A program made the position numbers and the translations under genes. The notes beneath the pieces were generated by a model, which saw only the letters and a list, made by a program, of their open reading frames with translations, searched no databases and was not told where the DNA came from. Below, one piece after another: positions 29,677 to 43,154 of a stretch of DNA of 64,000 bases. The DNA lies in contig NC_058368.1 of assembly GCF_018350175.1 (NCBI RefSeq), positions 73,472,001 to 73,536,000 of the forward strand. The letters run 5' to 3'. This DNA is from Felis catus (taxonomy: Eukaryota). The first letter of the stretch is position 1. Each line of letters opens with the position of its first letter.

Positions 29677-30589
29677 TGTTGTTGTTCTTTTTTTGTGATG
29701 TCAACCGTAGGACCATTTTACTATAAACCCTTGATGGGCAGGGTAACTCTGGGGACATGCCAAACTTCCCTCCTCTCACACTGCATGAAGCATTATGACT
29801 ACAGGCATATATTCCTACGATCCTTGTATTGTTGAGTGAAAAAGTAAGTTGCAGAAAATGTTTTTTGGAGAAGGAAAACTGTATACACATTTATATGAGC
29901 ATATGAAGCTTTCAATTCACTTTCTCATACCCTAATTCAAAGGCTCCCTCTGAAAGTCTGGTTTAGAGAACTGGCCCGTGAGACTTGCCAAGTTTCCCAT
30001 CTATCAACGGGTCACACATTCCACGTTCATCAACCCAAGTCATTCCTCCTGAATTCCTTACTGTAATCTCAACTCTCCTCATGTACACATAAACAAAAGA
30101 CTTATAAGGCAAGCAGAGGCATATTATGAAAGCCATCTTGTCAGCACCCACTTCTCACTTATTTTTACAACCAGACATGGTGTTCAGAAGGGGAATCCCT
30201 GCTATGCTGATGTGTCATTGGAGGCCCAGGGAACACACACAGGTCATCTGTGGCAGTGCCATTGTGATAGATTGAAATAACAATCTTCTCAGACTGAGGG
30301 GAAAAAAGATTTGTACAATGAGAAAGACATGTTCCAGAAACTTCTAGGGTTGGTATTTTTTAGTAATAACTCCTAAGGCTTTATTCATCAGAGCCACAAA
30401 GTGAAGGAATAATAATTCTTCAGCCATTTCAGCCACTAAAGTTTTTACTACTAGTATAATATAGAGATAGCCTCTTTGCTGATTAAAAATATCATGTTTT
30501 GTGTTTTGTCACTAATCTCCCTGGAACTGACCTTTGGTGATATACTGTGTGCAAGCTATCCAGTTGCTTTCCTTCCATATGTGGGTAAC

Positions 30590-31361
30590 TGTGATATTGT
30601 GAATTTTAATAAGAAATATATATACATGGTCTTAATTCCCATTTCTGGCACAGAGCTCCTAAAACCCTTAGAATTTCCTAAGAGAGTGATAATGTGTCTT
30701 TTGTTATGGCAATGAGGTGACTTTTGTAAAGTAGCTAGGATGGTTGCCAAGAGAACAAATCATGTTAGTGGTTTAGAACTTTTAACCCCACCCCCAATCT
30801 CCTTGGGAGGGAAGAGGGGGTTTGAGGTTGAGTCAATCACTAATGGTCAGTGATTTGACCAATCATGCCTCTATAATAAAAACCTCCATAAAAACCCAAA
30901 AGGACTGGGTTTGGAGAGTTTCCAGGCTGGTGAACCAGAATCATGGGCCACTGAGCCCAAGCACGTAAGCTCCTTGGTTGGGAATCTCACCCTATGTGTT
31001 TCTTGATCTAGCTATTAATTAATATCCTTTGATATCCTATCAGTAATCTAGTGAGTAAACGGGTTTCCTGATTTCTGTGAGGCTTTCTAGCAAATTAATT
31101 GAACCCAAAGAAGGGGTTGTGGTAATCTATGATTTATATAGACAGCCAATCGGTCAGAAGCAAGGGTAACAACCTGGATTTGGGATTTCAGTCTGAAGTG
31201 GAGGGCAGTCTTATGGGACTAAGCTCTTAACCTGTGGAATCTGATGCTATCTCAAGGTAGATAGTGTCAGGATTGAGTTGAATTGTAAGACACCCAGCTG
31301 TGTCTGAGAATTGCTTTGTGGTGTGGAGACCACCCCTCACATTGGAATTTGTACTAGAATC
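30590..31361 (+). mobile_element. MER21-like LTR
   Basis: TGTGATATTGTGA...GGCACAGAGCTCCTAAAACCCTT...AGCAAATTAATTGAACCC motifs. Confidence 0.7.
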
Positions 31362-31889
31362 ATTAACACCCTCCTATCCTAGCTTCCTGCACTGCATTGT
31401 GCAACCTTTCTCCAACCTTTCAGCAGTTCTTGATTGCAGATAGAGTTTCCACATACACGTGGGGCTGGGTCTGTTTATGCATCACTATTCTGCTATTGTT
31501 CTATATTTCTATCCCTGCACCAACATCACATGGTGATGAATACTATAGCATTATAAAAAGTCTTGGTGCGTAGTAGGGAAAGTTCTTATAATTCATCCTT
31601 CCTCAAGAGTGTTTAATTTTTCTTGTACTTTTCAGGCCCATACATTTTTAAAGAAAAAGTTTGAAAAGTTCCACATAAAAAGGAGCAGGGCATATTTTGG
31701 TTGGCATTACACTGACTATATACAGGTTGGGGGGAGAAATAACATCTTTAATATTGATTTTGCCAATCCCTGAACGTGTTATATTTTTCAATTTAATTAG
31801 CTTTTTTTTCAAGTTTTCATAATTTTCTCTATAAAAGTCCTGTCCATTTCTTGTTCGATTCAATTCCTCAAGTATGCATTTCATACACT

Positions 31890-32189
31890 TTCAAGCACAG
31901 AGGTTGATGTGGGGCTCGAACTCATGGACCTGAGCCTGAAGTCAGACGCCCAACTGACTGAGCCACCCAGATGCCCCTTTCTTTATTTTTTTAATGTTTA
32001 TTTATTTTTGAGAGAGACAGAATGTGAGCGGGGTAGAGGTAGAGAAAGAGACAGACAGACAGAATCTGAAGTAGGCTCCAGACTGAGCTGTCAGCACAGA
32101 GCCTGACACGGGGGTCAAACTCATAAACTGTGAGATCATGACCTGAGCCGAAGTCAGAAGCTTAACTGACTGAGGCACCCAGGCGCCCC
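31890..32189 (-). mobile_element. Partial plus full CAN-SINE in tandem
   Basis: SINE heads near 31977 and 32189. Confidence 0.85.
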
Positions 32190-32213
32190 TCAAGAGGAAT
32201 GTTTTTAGAAGAG

Positions 32214-32686
32214 GTAGTGGGCAGAATTATTAGTGACCAGAAAAAGATATGTCCAAGTCCTGACATGCCTATCTGTGAAATGTAACTACTTACAAATCAG
32301 GTCTTTACACATATAATTAAAGCTCTCAACATGAGATCATCCTGTTTTTAGGGTGGGCCCTAAATCTAATGACTAGTGTCTTTATAAGAGACAGAAAAGG
32401 AGAAGATACAGAGACACACAGAGGGGAAGAACACTATGAAGACCCAGGCAGAGATGGGAGTGATGTGTCTACAAGCCAGGAAGCACCAAGAATTGCTAGA
32501 AGCCACCAGAAGCTAGAAGCCACCAGAAGAGAGGCATGGAGAGAGAGAGCTCCTAGAAGGAACCAAAACTGCCAACACCTTGATTTCAGACTCTGGCCTC
32601 CAAAAACTCTTAGAGAATAAATTTCCGCTGTTTTAAGTCACCCAGTTTGTAATAATTGGCCAAAGCAGCCCTAAGAAACTTACACA
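32214..32686 (+). mobile_element. MLT1 (MaLR) solo LTR
   Basis: GGGTGGGCCCTAAATCTAATGACT...CACCTTGATTTCAGAC...GAGAATAAATTTC...AACTTACACA. Confidence 0.85.
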
Positions 32687-32689
32687 GAA

Positions 32690-34723
32690 AATAACATAGG
32701 AAACCCGCTTAGTGATGGAGCAATTCGAAAAAATTTCTTAAACAGATCAATCTTAAAAGATTAACAGATCTTAAACAGATCAATCTTAAAAGATTGATAT
32801 ATTCCTCTATGTTGAAATCATCATCTTCTGGGCCGGGAGGCCCTGCAGCGGCCAGTCAGCTAGGTTTCGAGAAGCCTCTCTGCCTGCCCAGCCCGCCCTC
32901 AGGATGCCCAAGAGGAAGGCCAGCTCTGCCAAGGGGGCTGAGAAGGAGGAGTCCAAGAGGAGATGGGGGGAGGTTGTTAGCCAAACCTGCTCCTGCAAAA
33001 ATGGAAATGAAGCCAAAAAAGGGGGCAGGAAGGGATAAATCTTCAGACAAAAAAGTGCAAGCAAAGAGGAAAAGGGGAGCAAAGGGAAACCAGGCTGAAG
33101 TGGCTAACCAAGAAACGAAAGAGACTTACCTGCAGAAAATGGAGAAACTAAAAACGAGGAGATTCCAGCCCCTGATGAAGCAGGAGGGAAAGAAGCTACG
33201 TCTGATTAGTATCATATATACCATGTCTTATCAGTCATCCCTGTCCTTCTTTTTGTACAATCCAGAGGAGTACTTTGATCAACTATTTTATAGATGCAAG
33301 TTTTTTAGAAGCTCTAGAAACATTTTTAAGGAGAGACACCCACTTCATCCCATTTCTTAAGTGTCAATACTTTTTTTTAAAGAGGTGAAATCATTTTCTT
33401 GTTATTTATTTATTTTTTGGTACAATCAGAAAATATTGGGGTATTGAATATGGGAGGCTTTGACTGCCTTGGGTATCAGCTCAACATTTCACAGATGGGG
33501 TAGTTTTTATCTTCTACAGTACAAAGCATATTGAATGGCAATTGGGAGTCTGTCATGCATTTAATATGTCTTGAACATTAAAAAAAAATTGTTTCCTAAA
33601 GAAAACCACTCCTTGATCTTGACTCTCCCTGTCAGAATTTTGTAAGTTCTGTAACATCTTGGTTGGTTTTCCTAGTAACTTTGTTAATGTGCTGTGCAGG
33701 ATTATAAATCTGTGTATGTAGTGTATATGATATTAAATTGTGAATTAATGGGACTTAATAATGTAACAGTGTACCAACATTTGAAGATATTGATACTTGA
33801 TATACTGTTAAGGAAAATTTGCCTCCAAAGTTTAAGCTGGAAAGTCACTGGAATAACTTAGAAAAGAATCACAACTATATGATTTTTTTAGATTTTTGAT
33901 ATGTATGTTAAGAATTGTGTACAAATTGAGATGTCTTACTGGTCCTCAGCACAACCGATAAAAACTCAATTATGAAAGAAAAAAATCATCATCCTTTGAA
34001 CATGAAAAAACACTGCCAGAAGAATCTAAGACATGCCACAAAGTAGGAATTATGCAGCAGAGTCAATCAACAAAGTACTTGCTCTAAAATACACTTCTAT
34101 GAATCTACCAGGAAGTCAAACAACTTAGTAGGGAAATGAACTGAAGTAAGTAAATAAACAAAAAAAAAAGTAGGAAACACAACACAAATGGCTTGTGAGC
34201 ACATGAAAAGATGGTCAGCATGAAAATCAAAACATAGTAAGTTACCATTTTACCCCAGATTAGCAAAAAATTTCAGTTTGATAACAGCAAGTGTTAGCAA
34301 GGAAGTATAGCAACTGGAAATCCTGTACCCTGCTGGAGAATGTAAATTGGGACAATCAAGTTGGAAAGTTGACATTATCTAGCAAAATTGCAGACATATA
34401 TACTCTATAACCCAGTAATTTTATTCCAAAGCTGATGTAATCAGGAGACATGAATAAGAATGCCCATAGTAGCTTTGATTAGAATTGTCAAAAATGGAAA
34501 CAACCCAAAAGTCCATGTGTAACAGAATGGCTAAAAGAGGGATCCTACTGATACAATGAAATACTGCCTACATATATAAATGAATGTGCTGCCACTCTGT
34601 GCTTCAACAGGCAAGTAATGACAACAATATGTTCAGTATGATTCCATTTAGATCAATTTACAAAAAGAAAATTCAACTACATTGCTTAGGGAGGAATATG
34701 TAGGTGGTAAAACTATAAATAAG
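32690..34723 (+). mobile_element. Old L1M 3' fragment hosting the HMGN1 retrocopy
   Basis: ORF2-end and 3' UTR-like motifs (AAACAACCCAAAAGTCCAT, ATGATTCCATTTA) flank the retrocopy. Confidence 0.6.
32830..33982 (+). pseudogene. HMGN1: HMGN1 processed pseudogene (CDS remnant 32904-33209)
   Basis: Intronless MPKRKASSAKG...AKPAPAK...DKSSDKKVQ...KQAEVANQETK-like...LPAENGETKNEE...SD-stop with +1 and -1 frameshifts; UTRs and A tail; TSD AAATCATCATC at 32815-32825 and 33983-33993. Confidence 0.93.
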
Positions 34724-34725
34724 TA

Positions 34726-34966
34726 CAGTAAAACCTTGGATTGCGAGTAACTTGTTTTGTGAGTGTTCCACAAGATGAGCAAACATTTCTAGTATATTTT
34801 AACTTGATACACAGGCAATGTCTTGCAGTATGAGTATTAGGTGATGCCAAACGTCACATGATCACAACTGAGCCAATGGTTCTTGAAGTTCGCTTTGACA
34901 TACAAGTGCTTTGGATTACAAGCATGTTTCTGGAGTGAATTATGCTCCCAAACCAAGATTTTACTG
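34726..34966 (-). mobile_element. 241-bp MITE of the same Tigger-like family
   Basis: TIRs CAGTAAAACCTTGG and CCAAGATTTTACTG, TA duplicated on both sides; ends align to the 428-1280 element. Confidence 0.85.
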
Positions 34967-35116
34967 TACAAGGAAAAGATGATCACAACCATCACAATAT
35001 TGGCCACATGGGAGCAGGTGAGTGGGAGATAATAGGGGGAGAGACAGGGGGAACTTCTAAGGAACAGCAGTGTTCCATTTCTGAACCTGAGTGGTAATAT
35101 CCAAGCAAATCAGAGC

Positions 35117-35587
35117 TAGACAGTAAAGTGGTAAAAAAAAAAAAAAAAAGAAAAAGAAAAAAAAAAAAAAAAAGAAAAAAATGTTACTCAGGACTATTGC
35201 AATCGGGGAAGAGATCTCAGTATAGAACCAGCTCAATTCCAAATACAGTGTGTAAAAGTGGGGATTTACAGCCAAGGAGCAGGGTGGAGGTCAGTGGATA
35301 GAAAATTACTAAGAGGATACATCAGGGTTATGGAGGGATTCTGGCAAATCTGACCCAACAGGATTCTTGCTAAGGACAGGCCAATCTGATCAATCACCTA
35401 GAGGGGATAGTTGAGGACCAGGAACCCGAATAGATACCAAGAGTGATTGGATGTGGAGGATGGGGATTCTTACTAAATGGACTCAGCAGAGTTTTTGCTG
35501 AAACCGTATTTTATAAGGAAGTGCCCAGATGGCCCTTGAAGACTCAGGAACTTGACTAAACCTTGGCCAAACAAAGAATCTTTGACA
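35117..35587 (-). mobile_element. ERV LTR remnant
   Basis: ACTCAGGACTATTGCAAT...GGGATTTACAGCCAAGGAGCAGGG...AGAATCTTTGACA. Confidence 0.55.
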
Positions 35588-36418
35588 ATAATTACATGGG
35601 TGTTTTCTTGCAATTATTTTCAAAATGCAGATACATGTTTTATAGTCTTCTGTGCATAGGATACATTCCACAATGGAAAAAAAAATACAATAGATTATTT
35701 AACTGGAAGATAGATGGAAGGGAGACCATTAGGTAAAGAAATTTATATGACATTATATTATGGTTCAATGTTAGGCTTTTTAGCCTGTTTTTAATTCTCT
35801 TAATCACATTTCAGTGATTTTTGGTATTCACCAATTCGATATTCATTGAGCTTTTCTAGTTGTGGGCACCCTTTTAGATGATGTGGAAGATCATGGTCTC
35901 TGCAGTCAAATCTCTGCTTAAAGTCTGGTAATGATGAGATCACTAACACCGTCAGGTAACTACAGTGGTTCAAGTATACAGATGCAGAGATTTGGAGGAG
36001 TGATTTCAGAGATGTGCACCAGACGGTCACTGAGCCAGAAGAGAGTCATGGCACTCCAGACCAAGAGAAAAAATAACCAAGGAAGGTAAGAAACAAGGAA
36101 CGGACAGAACAGTCCAGCTGGTTTTGCTGGACTGTAAGATGCATACTGGGAAGTGGCAAGAAACTGGATTGCAGATGCAGGCCTCATTAGGTGTATTTTT
36201 TGGAATTATGTTTGGTCACGGTGGATGAAATCTCCAAAATAACAGTGGCATGCAGACAGCAGGTCACTGCTTTGTCATATAAAACATGCGTGCACGTAGG
36301 TGGTGGCTGCTGTGATGCTCGACACGGAGGCCAGGGCCCAGACTCCCTCTGTGTACCGCTCCACGGTCCAAACACAGCTAATAATTAGCACAACACAGGT
36401 CTTTAAAATAAAAGTGGT

Positions 36419-36424
36419 TTTATT
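36419..36424 (-). terminator. POGLUT2 polyadenylation signal AATAAA
   Basis: About 195 nt downstream of the TGA. Confidence 0.7.
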
Positions 36425-36616
36425 ATAAAATTCTAAAACTGTGCTTTAAAGGATGGTCACAGGAATACTGCATAAGAAGAAGAAACATATGTTCATAATC
36501 CAATCACACAGCAGACTTTATATTGTCCACAGAATCAATATTTAAAAAACATTCCTCTATGTCAGTTAAAAAGAGCCTTCAGAGCACCATTATTTGAAGG
36601 GAAGGTATTTTGCACA

Positions 36617-36634
36617 TCAGAGTTCATCTTTGGT
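36617..36634 (-). CDS. POGLUT2: POGLUT2 exon 10 coding part (TKDEL-stop)
   Basis: TTGCAG|ACC AAA GAT GAA CTC TGA. Confidence 0.94.
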   Translation of the reverse strand, partial: TKDEL

Positions 36635-39600
36635 CTGCAATTAAGAAGCAAAATATTTAGTGCCATCAAGAAGTCTTATACGCATCAAGATAACTTACGT
36701 TAGTCTATTAATTATTTTCCCCTAAAGGTGGAAGCAGCGAAAAAGGCAAGTGGGCGCTAAAGGTTTGTAGGGCCTGGGACTATGCTCAGAATCCCTCCTG
36801 GGGAAAGTCACATTGTATTTTATCAGACTGCTGATGGGGAACACAAACATGTAAGTGTTTGCATTACTGTAAAGGGCTTTGTGCTATGTATCTTATCAGT
36901 GAAGGGTTACAGCAGACAAGGAGGAGGAAATTAACGAAGCCTCTAAGTCCATTGGTCAGTGTTGGCACTCCCCAGCATCACTCAGACAAAGATAAAAAAT
37001 AAAAAAAGAGGACTGGAGAAAGGAAGCTGCCCAGTTTCATTTGGAGCCAACAGAAGTGTTGTGATACCAAATCACAAATTTCATGAGCGGGTACATTTCA
37101 ATTCTGGAAAATTTTTAAAAGATTTTATTTTTTAAGCATTTAATTTATTTTTTAAGTAATCTCTACACCCAATGTGGGGTCAATCCAAGATCAAGAGTTG
37201 CAAGCTCTGCTGACTGAGCCAGGCAGGTGCCCCGAAGTCTAGCAAGTTTTTTTTTTTTTTTTTTTTTTTTTGGTCAATGGCTTTATCTAATTTAATGAAC
37301 TTCCAGCACTGACAAGGGTTAACACTGATGAAGAACCGTTTCTGGGTGGGGGATTGGTTAGTTACTTAGTGGCAAGTCTGCACTCCAAACAAAAAAACGA
37401 AATAACCGAAACTGATTTGTAGCACCTGCTGTTGTCATGGTGACTCTCCCCCACCAGGCAGATTCCAAGGTACCAGAAATTAACTAGTGTGCAAAATTCC
37501 TAATATGTAACAGACAGTGAGCTTATATAAACTGATTCTATCATACCACTGGATAGTGGTCACTTAATTCGTTTCAAACCCCCTGTGAGTCAGGCATAAC
37601 TGCCAAGTCTGCCTTCTCATTTTTGGTCACAATATCACAGTTTTGAGTTTGTTCTTTTAGAGACATGATGACATTGCTTAAAATAACGTCAAGCCAATAT
37701 ATTACATATGTATACGTTTATGTAATATATATGTATACATAGAGTGTAGAGATATACACTACAATTTTATATAGTATATATTCATTCAAACAAAAAGCAT
37801 TACAATCAAAACAACCCTCCCCTGCCACATCATGTCTTTACACACAACCAGGCACACAATCTGGTGATGGAGACTAGTTCTTGGTCCTAGCCTTGCTATA
37901 ATCCAGCTGGGTGGTTATGAGCTAAATTCTTCTTAAGACTTCGTTTTTATAACCGTAAGATGAAGGCATTTCCTGGGTGACCCTTAAGGTCCCTTTTTTT
38001 TTTTTTAATTAAAAAAAAATATTTTAGTAGGTTCTGTGCCCAACATGGGCCTCAAACTCACAACCCCAAGATGAAGAGTCGCACACTCCACTGACTGAGC
38101 CAGCCAGGCGCCCCCCTAAAAGGTCCTTTTAGACTTACAAGTCTGTGTAAATCTACCATTTGTTAATGAAATCAGTATATATTGGTGGTATGAACAGAGA
38201 TTGCTCTTAAATGCATAATCTGGTAATATATGAATCATCACGGTCATATATTTTTCATCTCTAAACTGAGATGATGAGTTTTGCCAAAGCCATCTCCCGT
38301 GACACATGTGAAAACACTTTTAAAATTATAAACCTCTATTCAAAGGCCATGTGAATTCTCACGTTAAAAGAAGGCTCTCCTCCACTTTGCCGGGGGCTGC
38401 TGGACTTCTCCCCTACCTGCATCTCGGTGCCCTTTCTCTGGCCATGTTCCCACGGCATCTGCCCCTCCGGTAGACTGAAGGGCAGGCAGGCCCCCAGAGA
38501 AGCTCAAATGGTGGCTGCCCGACTGAAGGACTGAAGGGACGGATGAGGACTTGGAACAAGACTAGTTCTTGCTCTGCCACTGCCGGTTCGGGTTACCTGT
38601 TTCCTATGGCACGTGCAAGGAAAGAGGTCATCTTCAGTCTGTGCTTCTACCCTCTGCATGCCCTCTCGGATTTGGGGCTCACTCACTTGCAAATTGGCAT
38701 ATTCCTGTGGAAGCAACAAGTCAGAAGTGTGCCTTTTGTAACTCAGAGCACATCCACCAAATCAGATACAGTGGAATTTGCTAGGATATGGTCCTTTTAA
38801 TTCATATGTGTCAAGTTGTGAGAAGCAAAATTCATCATACTCCCCTTAAACCCCCAATAACAGAGTTTCTGAGAGGTGGCTGTCCTTTGGACACCGGCTG
38901 CTGATTGCTACTGCACCTCTCCTTATTCTATCCTTCATTTATTTATTTTTAATGTATTTATTTATTTATTTTTTTGAGAGAGAGACAACCCTGTGGGGGG
39001 GGGGGTGGGAGGGGCAGAGAGAAGGGGAGGAGCAGAGGAGGGGCGGGGCAGAGAATCCAAAGCGAGCTCTGTGCTGACAGCAGAGAGCCCCCACTCAGGG
39101 CTCAAACTCACAAACTCACAAATTGAGATCATGACCTGAGCCAAAGTCAGATGCTTAACTAAGCCACCCAGGTGCCCCCATCATTTATATGACTTGTATG
39201 GTTTTGGTTTTGCCAGCTTCTGCCTTGAAGTGAAAATAATTGTGCACACGGTCTGCCCTAGACTGGGAATTTGAGGCTAGAACATATTTCCACCATGGCT
39301 TGCACAGCTCGGCCACCACCTTGATCTATCATCCGCCTGCTGTGTGTTAGGCTCTGGGCCAGGTGATGATGCTCTAGGAAATGTAATCCGAATGAGTGAG
39401 CACAAGCCTGTGGACCTTGAGGAATTCAGACAGTAAATCTTCCACTTCACCCTCTCCGTCCCTTCACCAGCCCCTGGGAAGGTTAGAAAGAGGGAGGAGC
39501 CAGTGCAGACCAGAAACAGATCAACTGTTCTGGAGTGGAGTCTAAGATTTGGGGCTCAATACCTGCAATTTTGAGATTAAAAAAAAATCTCAATTTAGAT

Positions 39601-41911
39601 CTAGTAGTATCATTAGGAAATTACTTGTTACTACTGCATTTTTTATTTTTTTATCTTTAATTTTTTTTAACTATTGCATTTTTTATATTTTATTTTTTAT
39701 TATCTTTAATTTTTTTATCTACTGCATTTTTAAAGTTTTTAGTATCTTTAAGTTTTTTTAACTACTGCATTTTTAACATTTTTTATTAGCTTTAATTTTT
39801 TTAACTACTGCATTTTTTAAAAATACCCTTTTAAGTTGTCAGATATACTTTGATTATAATCCCTAAATGCTTAGGCCCATGAAAACAGTTTCCAAGAGAA
39901 GCCATGGCTCATATAGAGTCAGCAGTATAGGTCAGAAGACACTGGGCACTGTTTAGACAAAGAAATGGTAAAGATTGTACAAAGAGCAGGGGCGCCTGGG
40001 TGGCTCAGCCGGTTAAGCTGGTAAGCCTCTGACTTTGGCTCAGGTCATGATCTCACAATTTGTGGGTTTGAGCCGCACATCAGGCTCTGTGCTGACAGCT
40101 CAGAGCCTGGACCCTGCTTCTGATTCTGTGTCTCCCTCTCTCTCTGGCACACCCCCCCCCCCACACTCTCCTCTCTCAAAAATAAATACTAAAAAAAATA
40201 AAAAAAAAAAGATTGTACAAAGAGAAAATACAGATCCATACACAATAACTTGGCAGGATCAGAGGCCAATTTCTTAACCACACAATACAGAGTGCTAACA
40301 TAAATACTTTCCCCATAATGTTGTAGCATTCTTGTCTAGCTAATGTCGGGTTTGTACTATTTTCTTTATGATTTGATGTTGGTCCCTGGTTTTTGCCCAC
40401 AGAGAAGTGTATGTATCTCTTTATATTAATATACTTTTAGAAACTATTATGTGAAATGTTATTTGGTCTTAACATGCCCAACTGCAAATAGTATATCTAT
40501 TTTCTTAGAAAATACTGACCTGGAAAAGTTTAAAATAATAACAGAATATGTCATCGCCCATGAGATTATTTCTTGCAAATTCCTGTCCTGCTTTTGCTAT
40601 CTTCTTTGCCTGTGGGAACAATGACAACACAAAGTCCCTTAATGAAACATGTTTTTTTCCCTGTGCACACATATGCAAACTGATCTTCAGGGTACATGTA
40701 TCCTGGGCCAACGGCAGGAAAAATCTTTGAGGGTAGTGTTATGTGGTAAAGGGAACATTTAACAACAGTACATTCAAATTAAAGGGAGGTTTTTTTTTAG
40801 AGTTGAAAGTTTGAGGAATCATACTGGACCTTCTAGAATGAAGCCTCTCTTGCAGAGAGAAGGCACACATTAAATGAGGTAACAATGACTTTGTAAAGTA
40901 AATGCAAGACAAAGCTTAACTGCCTTAACAATTCTCAGCAATTTGCCTGAAGTTTACTTCATGCAATCCTGCAGGAACTTTTTCTTCCTGCCCGTTTGAA
41001 CATTTTCATGTTGTTAGTAAAGGGGAGGCAGTGCCTGAGGCTCTGATCAACCTGACCGAAAAAAGAGAGAGCATCCTCAAGGCCAACCTCTAGCTTTTTA
41101 CCTCAAGTGCAGAGTGGACAGTTAATCCAGACCCCATGCCGGCGTTCACCCTGAAGGGGACAGATGTGCTACCCCGGGGGGGTGGCCTCCCACTGAGAGG
41201 GAAGGGTGTATGGCTCAGCATCCGGGATGCTCTTTGGGCACAAGACATTGAAAACGAGCCCGTGACGGTGGGGCAGGAGAGACTGACCTTACCTCTTCGT
41301 CATGATCTTTTGCCCATTTAAGTTTTTCCAGGAGATCGCTCAGGTTGCTTTTCACTGGAATGTAGTGCTTCCATGGCTGCAGCTCATTGTAAAAGTGCTC
41401 GTAGTAGATGGAGTCCTGCTTCAGCACAACACTGTCACCGACGAGGAGGTACGGCAGGCGATACGCTGCGACAGTGCCATCAACGTTTATTTGGTACTTG
41501 TGCTGAAAAACAGCAGAAGAGAAGCCTCCATCACACTTCCCTTCTCCACTCTCTTTACTCCCTCCTCTTTCCGCACTTGAAGCCTCATCATTGGCAGACA
41601 CGAACTGGCCAGATTTTGCCCTCTGCCTTGGCCATGGAGTAAGTGCTATCATATTGACACCTGGCCTAGAGCTAAAGGCTTATTGTGATGCTCTCCCAAA
41701 TTTCACAAGGGGGCCACAAGTCTAACATTAGAGCAGACAATACAATACTAAGACTGCTGTCCAAAGGCCACAACCTAGGAAAGATAGGCTTATCGTGATT
41801 TTGTAATCCCTCTAATACTTTACTGATCACGTATGAGCACCTAAGCATGGTAGCCTATGCCATATTAACCGTACCTTTTAATTTTTTTTTTAAGAGAGAG
41901 AGAGAGGGAGG

Positions 41912-41957
<46 letters not shown>

Positions 41958-43108
41958 CCCAAGCAGGCTCCATGCTCAGTGTGGAGTCTTATGCGGGGCT
42001 CGATCACACAACTGTGAGATGATAACCTGAGTAGAAATCAAGAATCAGACGCTTCACTGACTGAGCCACCCAGGTGCCCCAATCATACCTGTTAAACATC
42101 AGATGGCCACACACAAGTCTTGAGAAAATTAACAAGCATAGATGCAAAAGCAGCTATGAATACAAATATGCCTAGAGCCATGGTAACAATTACTCTCTAG
42201 CTGTAGCAAGTGCAAAGGCCTGGCACAACACCCACTGATGAGGGATGGCTGGCAACCTCTCTTTCTTTCACAAGTCTTTGTGAAATGCATAAGGAGGAAG
42301 TGATGACAATTCAACTTACGGCCTTATTTAGGACTTCCTGCTGCCATGGAACCTATCCAAAGAAAACCTGGCCACAGGTGCAGACAGAGCTGACGAATCA
42401 CTTACTTTCCCACATTCCGAGGACAGGTGAGTACCTTTTGTCCACCTTTCATTCCATGACATGGGTCTTTAAAAACCACTTAGTGGCTTAGGGGTGCCTG
42501 GGGGGCTCAGTTGGTTGAGCGTCTGACTCTTGACTTCGGCTCAGGTCATGATCTCGTGGTTTGTGGGTTTGAGCCCTGTGTCAGCTGTGTTGACAGCGTG
42601 GAGCCTGCTTGGGATTCTCTCTCCCCGCCCCCCTCTCTGCCCCTACCCCGCTTACTCTCTCTTTCTCAAAATAAATAAACTTAAAAAAAATTAAAAAAAA
42701 AACCACTTAGTGGTTTAGAGAATAGGGCAGCGTCCCACTGCCTAGAAGAAGGAGTTAGAAAAAGGATCCCTCCACAGGAAAAAAGAGCAGTCCACATTTT
42801 AGACACAGAAAGGTCTCCCTAATCTCCAGGGTTCTCAGGCAGATCATCTGCATGGGTTTCAAGACACTTCCCCATCAGAAAGTCTGATGTGAGATACTTG
42901 GTTTATCTCTTCTTTAGACTGTTACGATGCTCTGGGGAGAAGAATTTGTAAAATTACATACATGTATTTATTAATAAGAAAGGATTTAGAGCTGAAATGT
43001 GCTTACCTTGAGGGTGAGTTGGGGAAAAAATTCTAGCCCTACCCAGGCCCAAAGCTTCCTCGATGCATATATTTTTAAAATTTATGTATTTATTTTGAAA
43101 GAGAGTGA

Positions 43109-43154
<46 letters not shown>

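Noticed and set aside
32794..33360. 188-aa ORF as a functional gene
   Set aside because: A frameshifted reading of the HMGN1 retrocopy with a non-ATG start.
37697..37730. 12-bp stem ATATATTACATA/TATGTAATATAT
   Set aside because: Lies in low-complexity TA-rich sequence where such palindromes arise readily.
39629..39818. Repeat-spacer pattern resembling a CRISPR array
   Set aside because: Spacers resemble one another, the context is a mammalian intron, and there are no cas genes.
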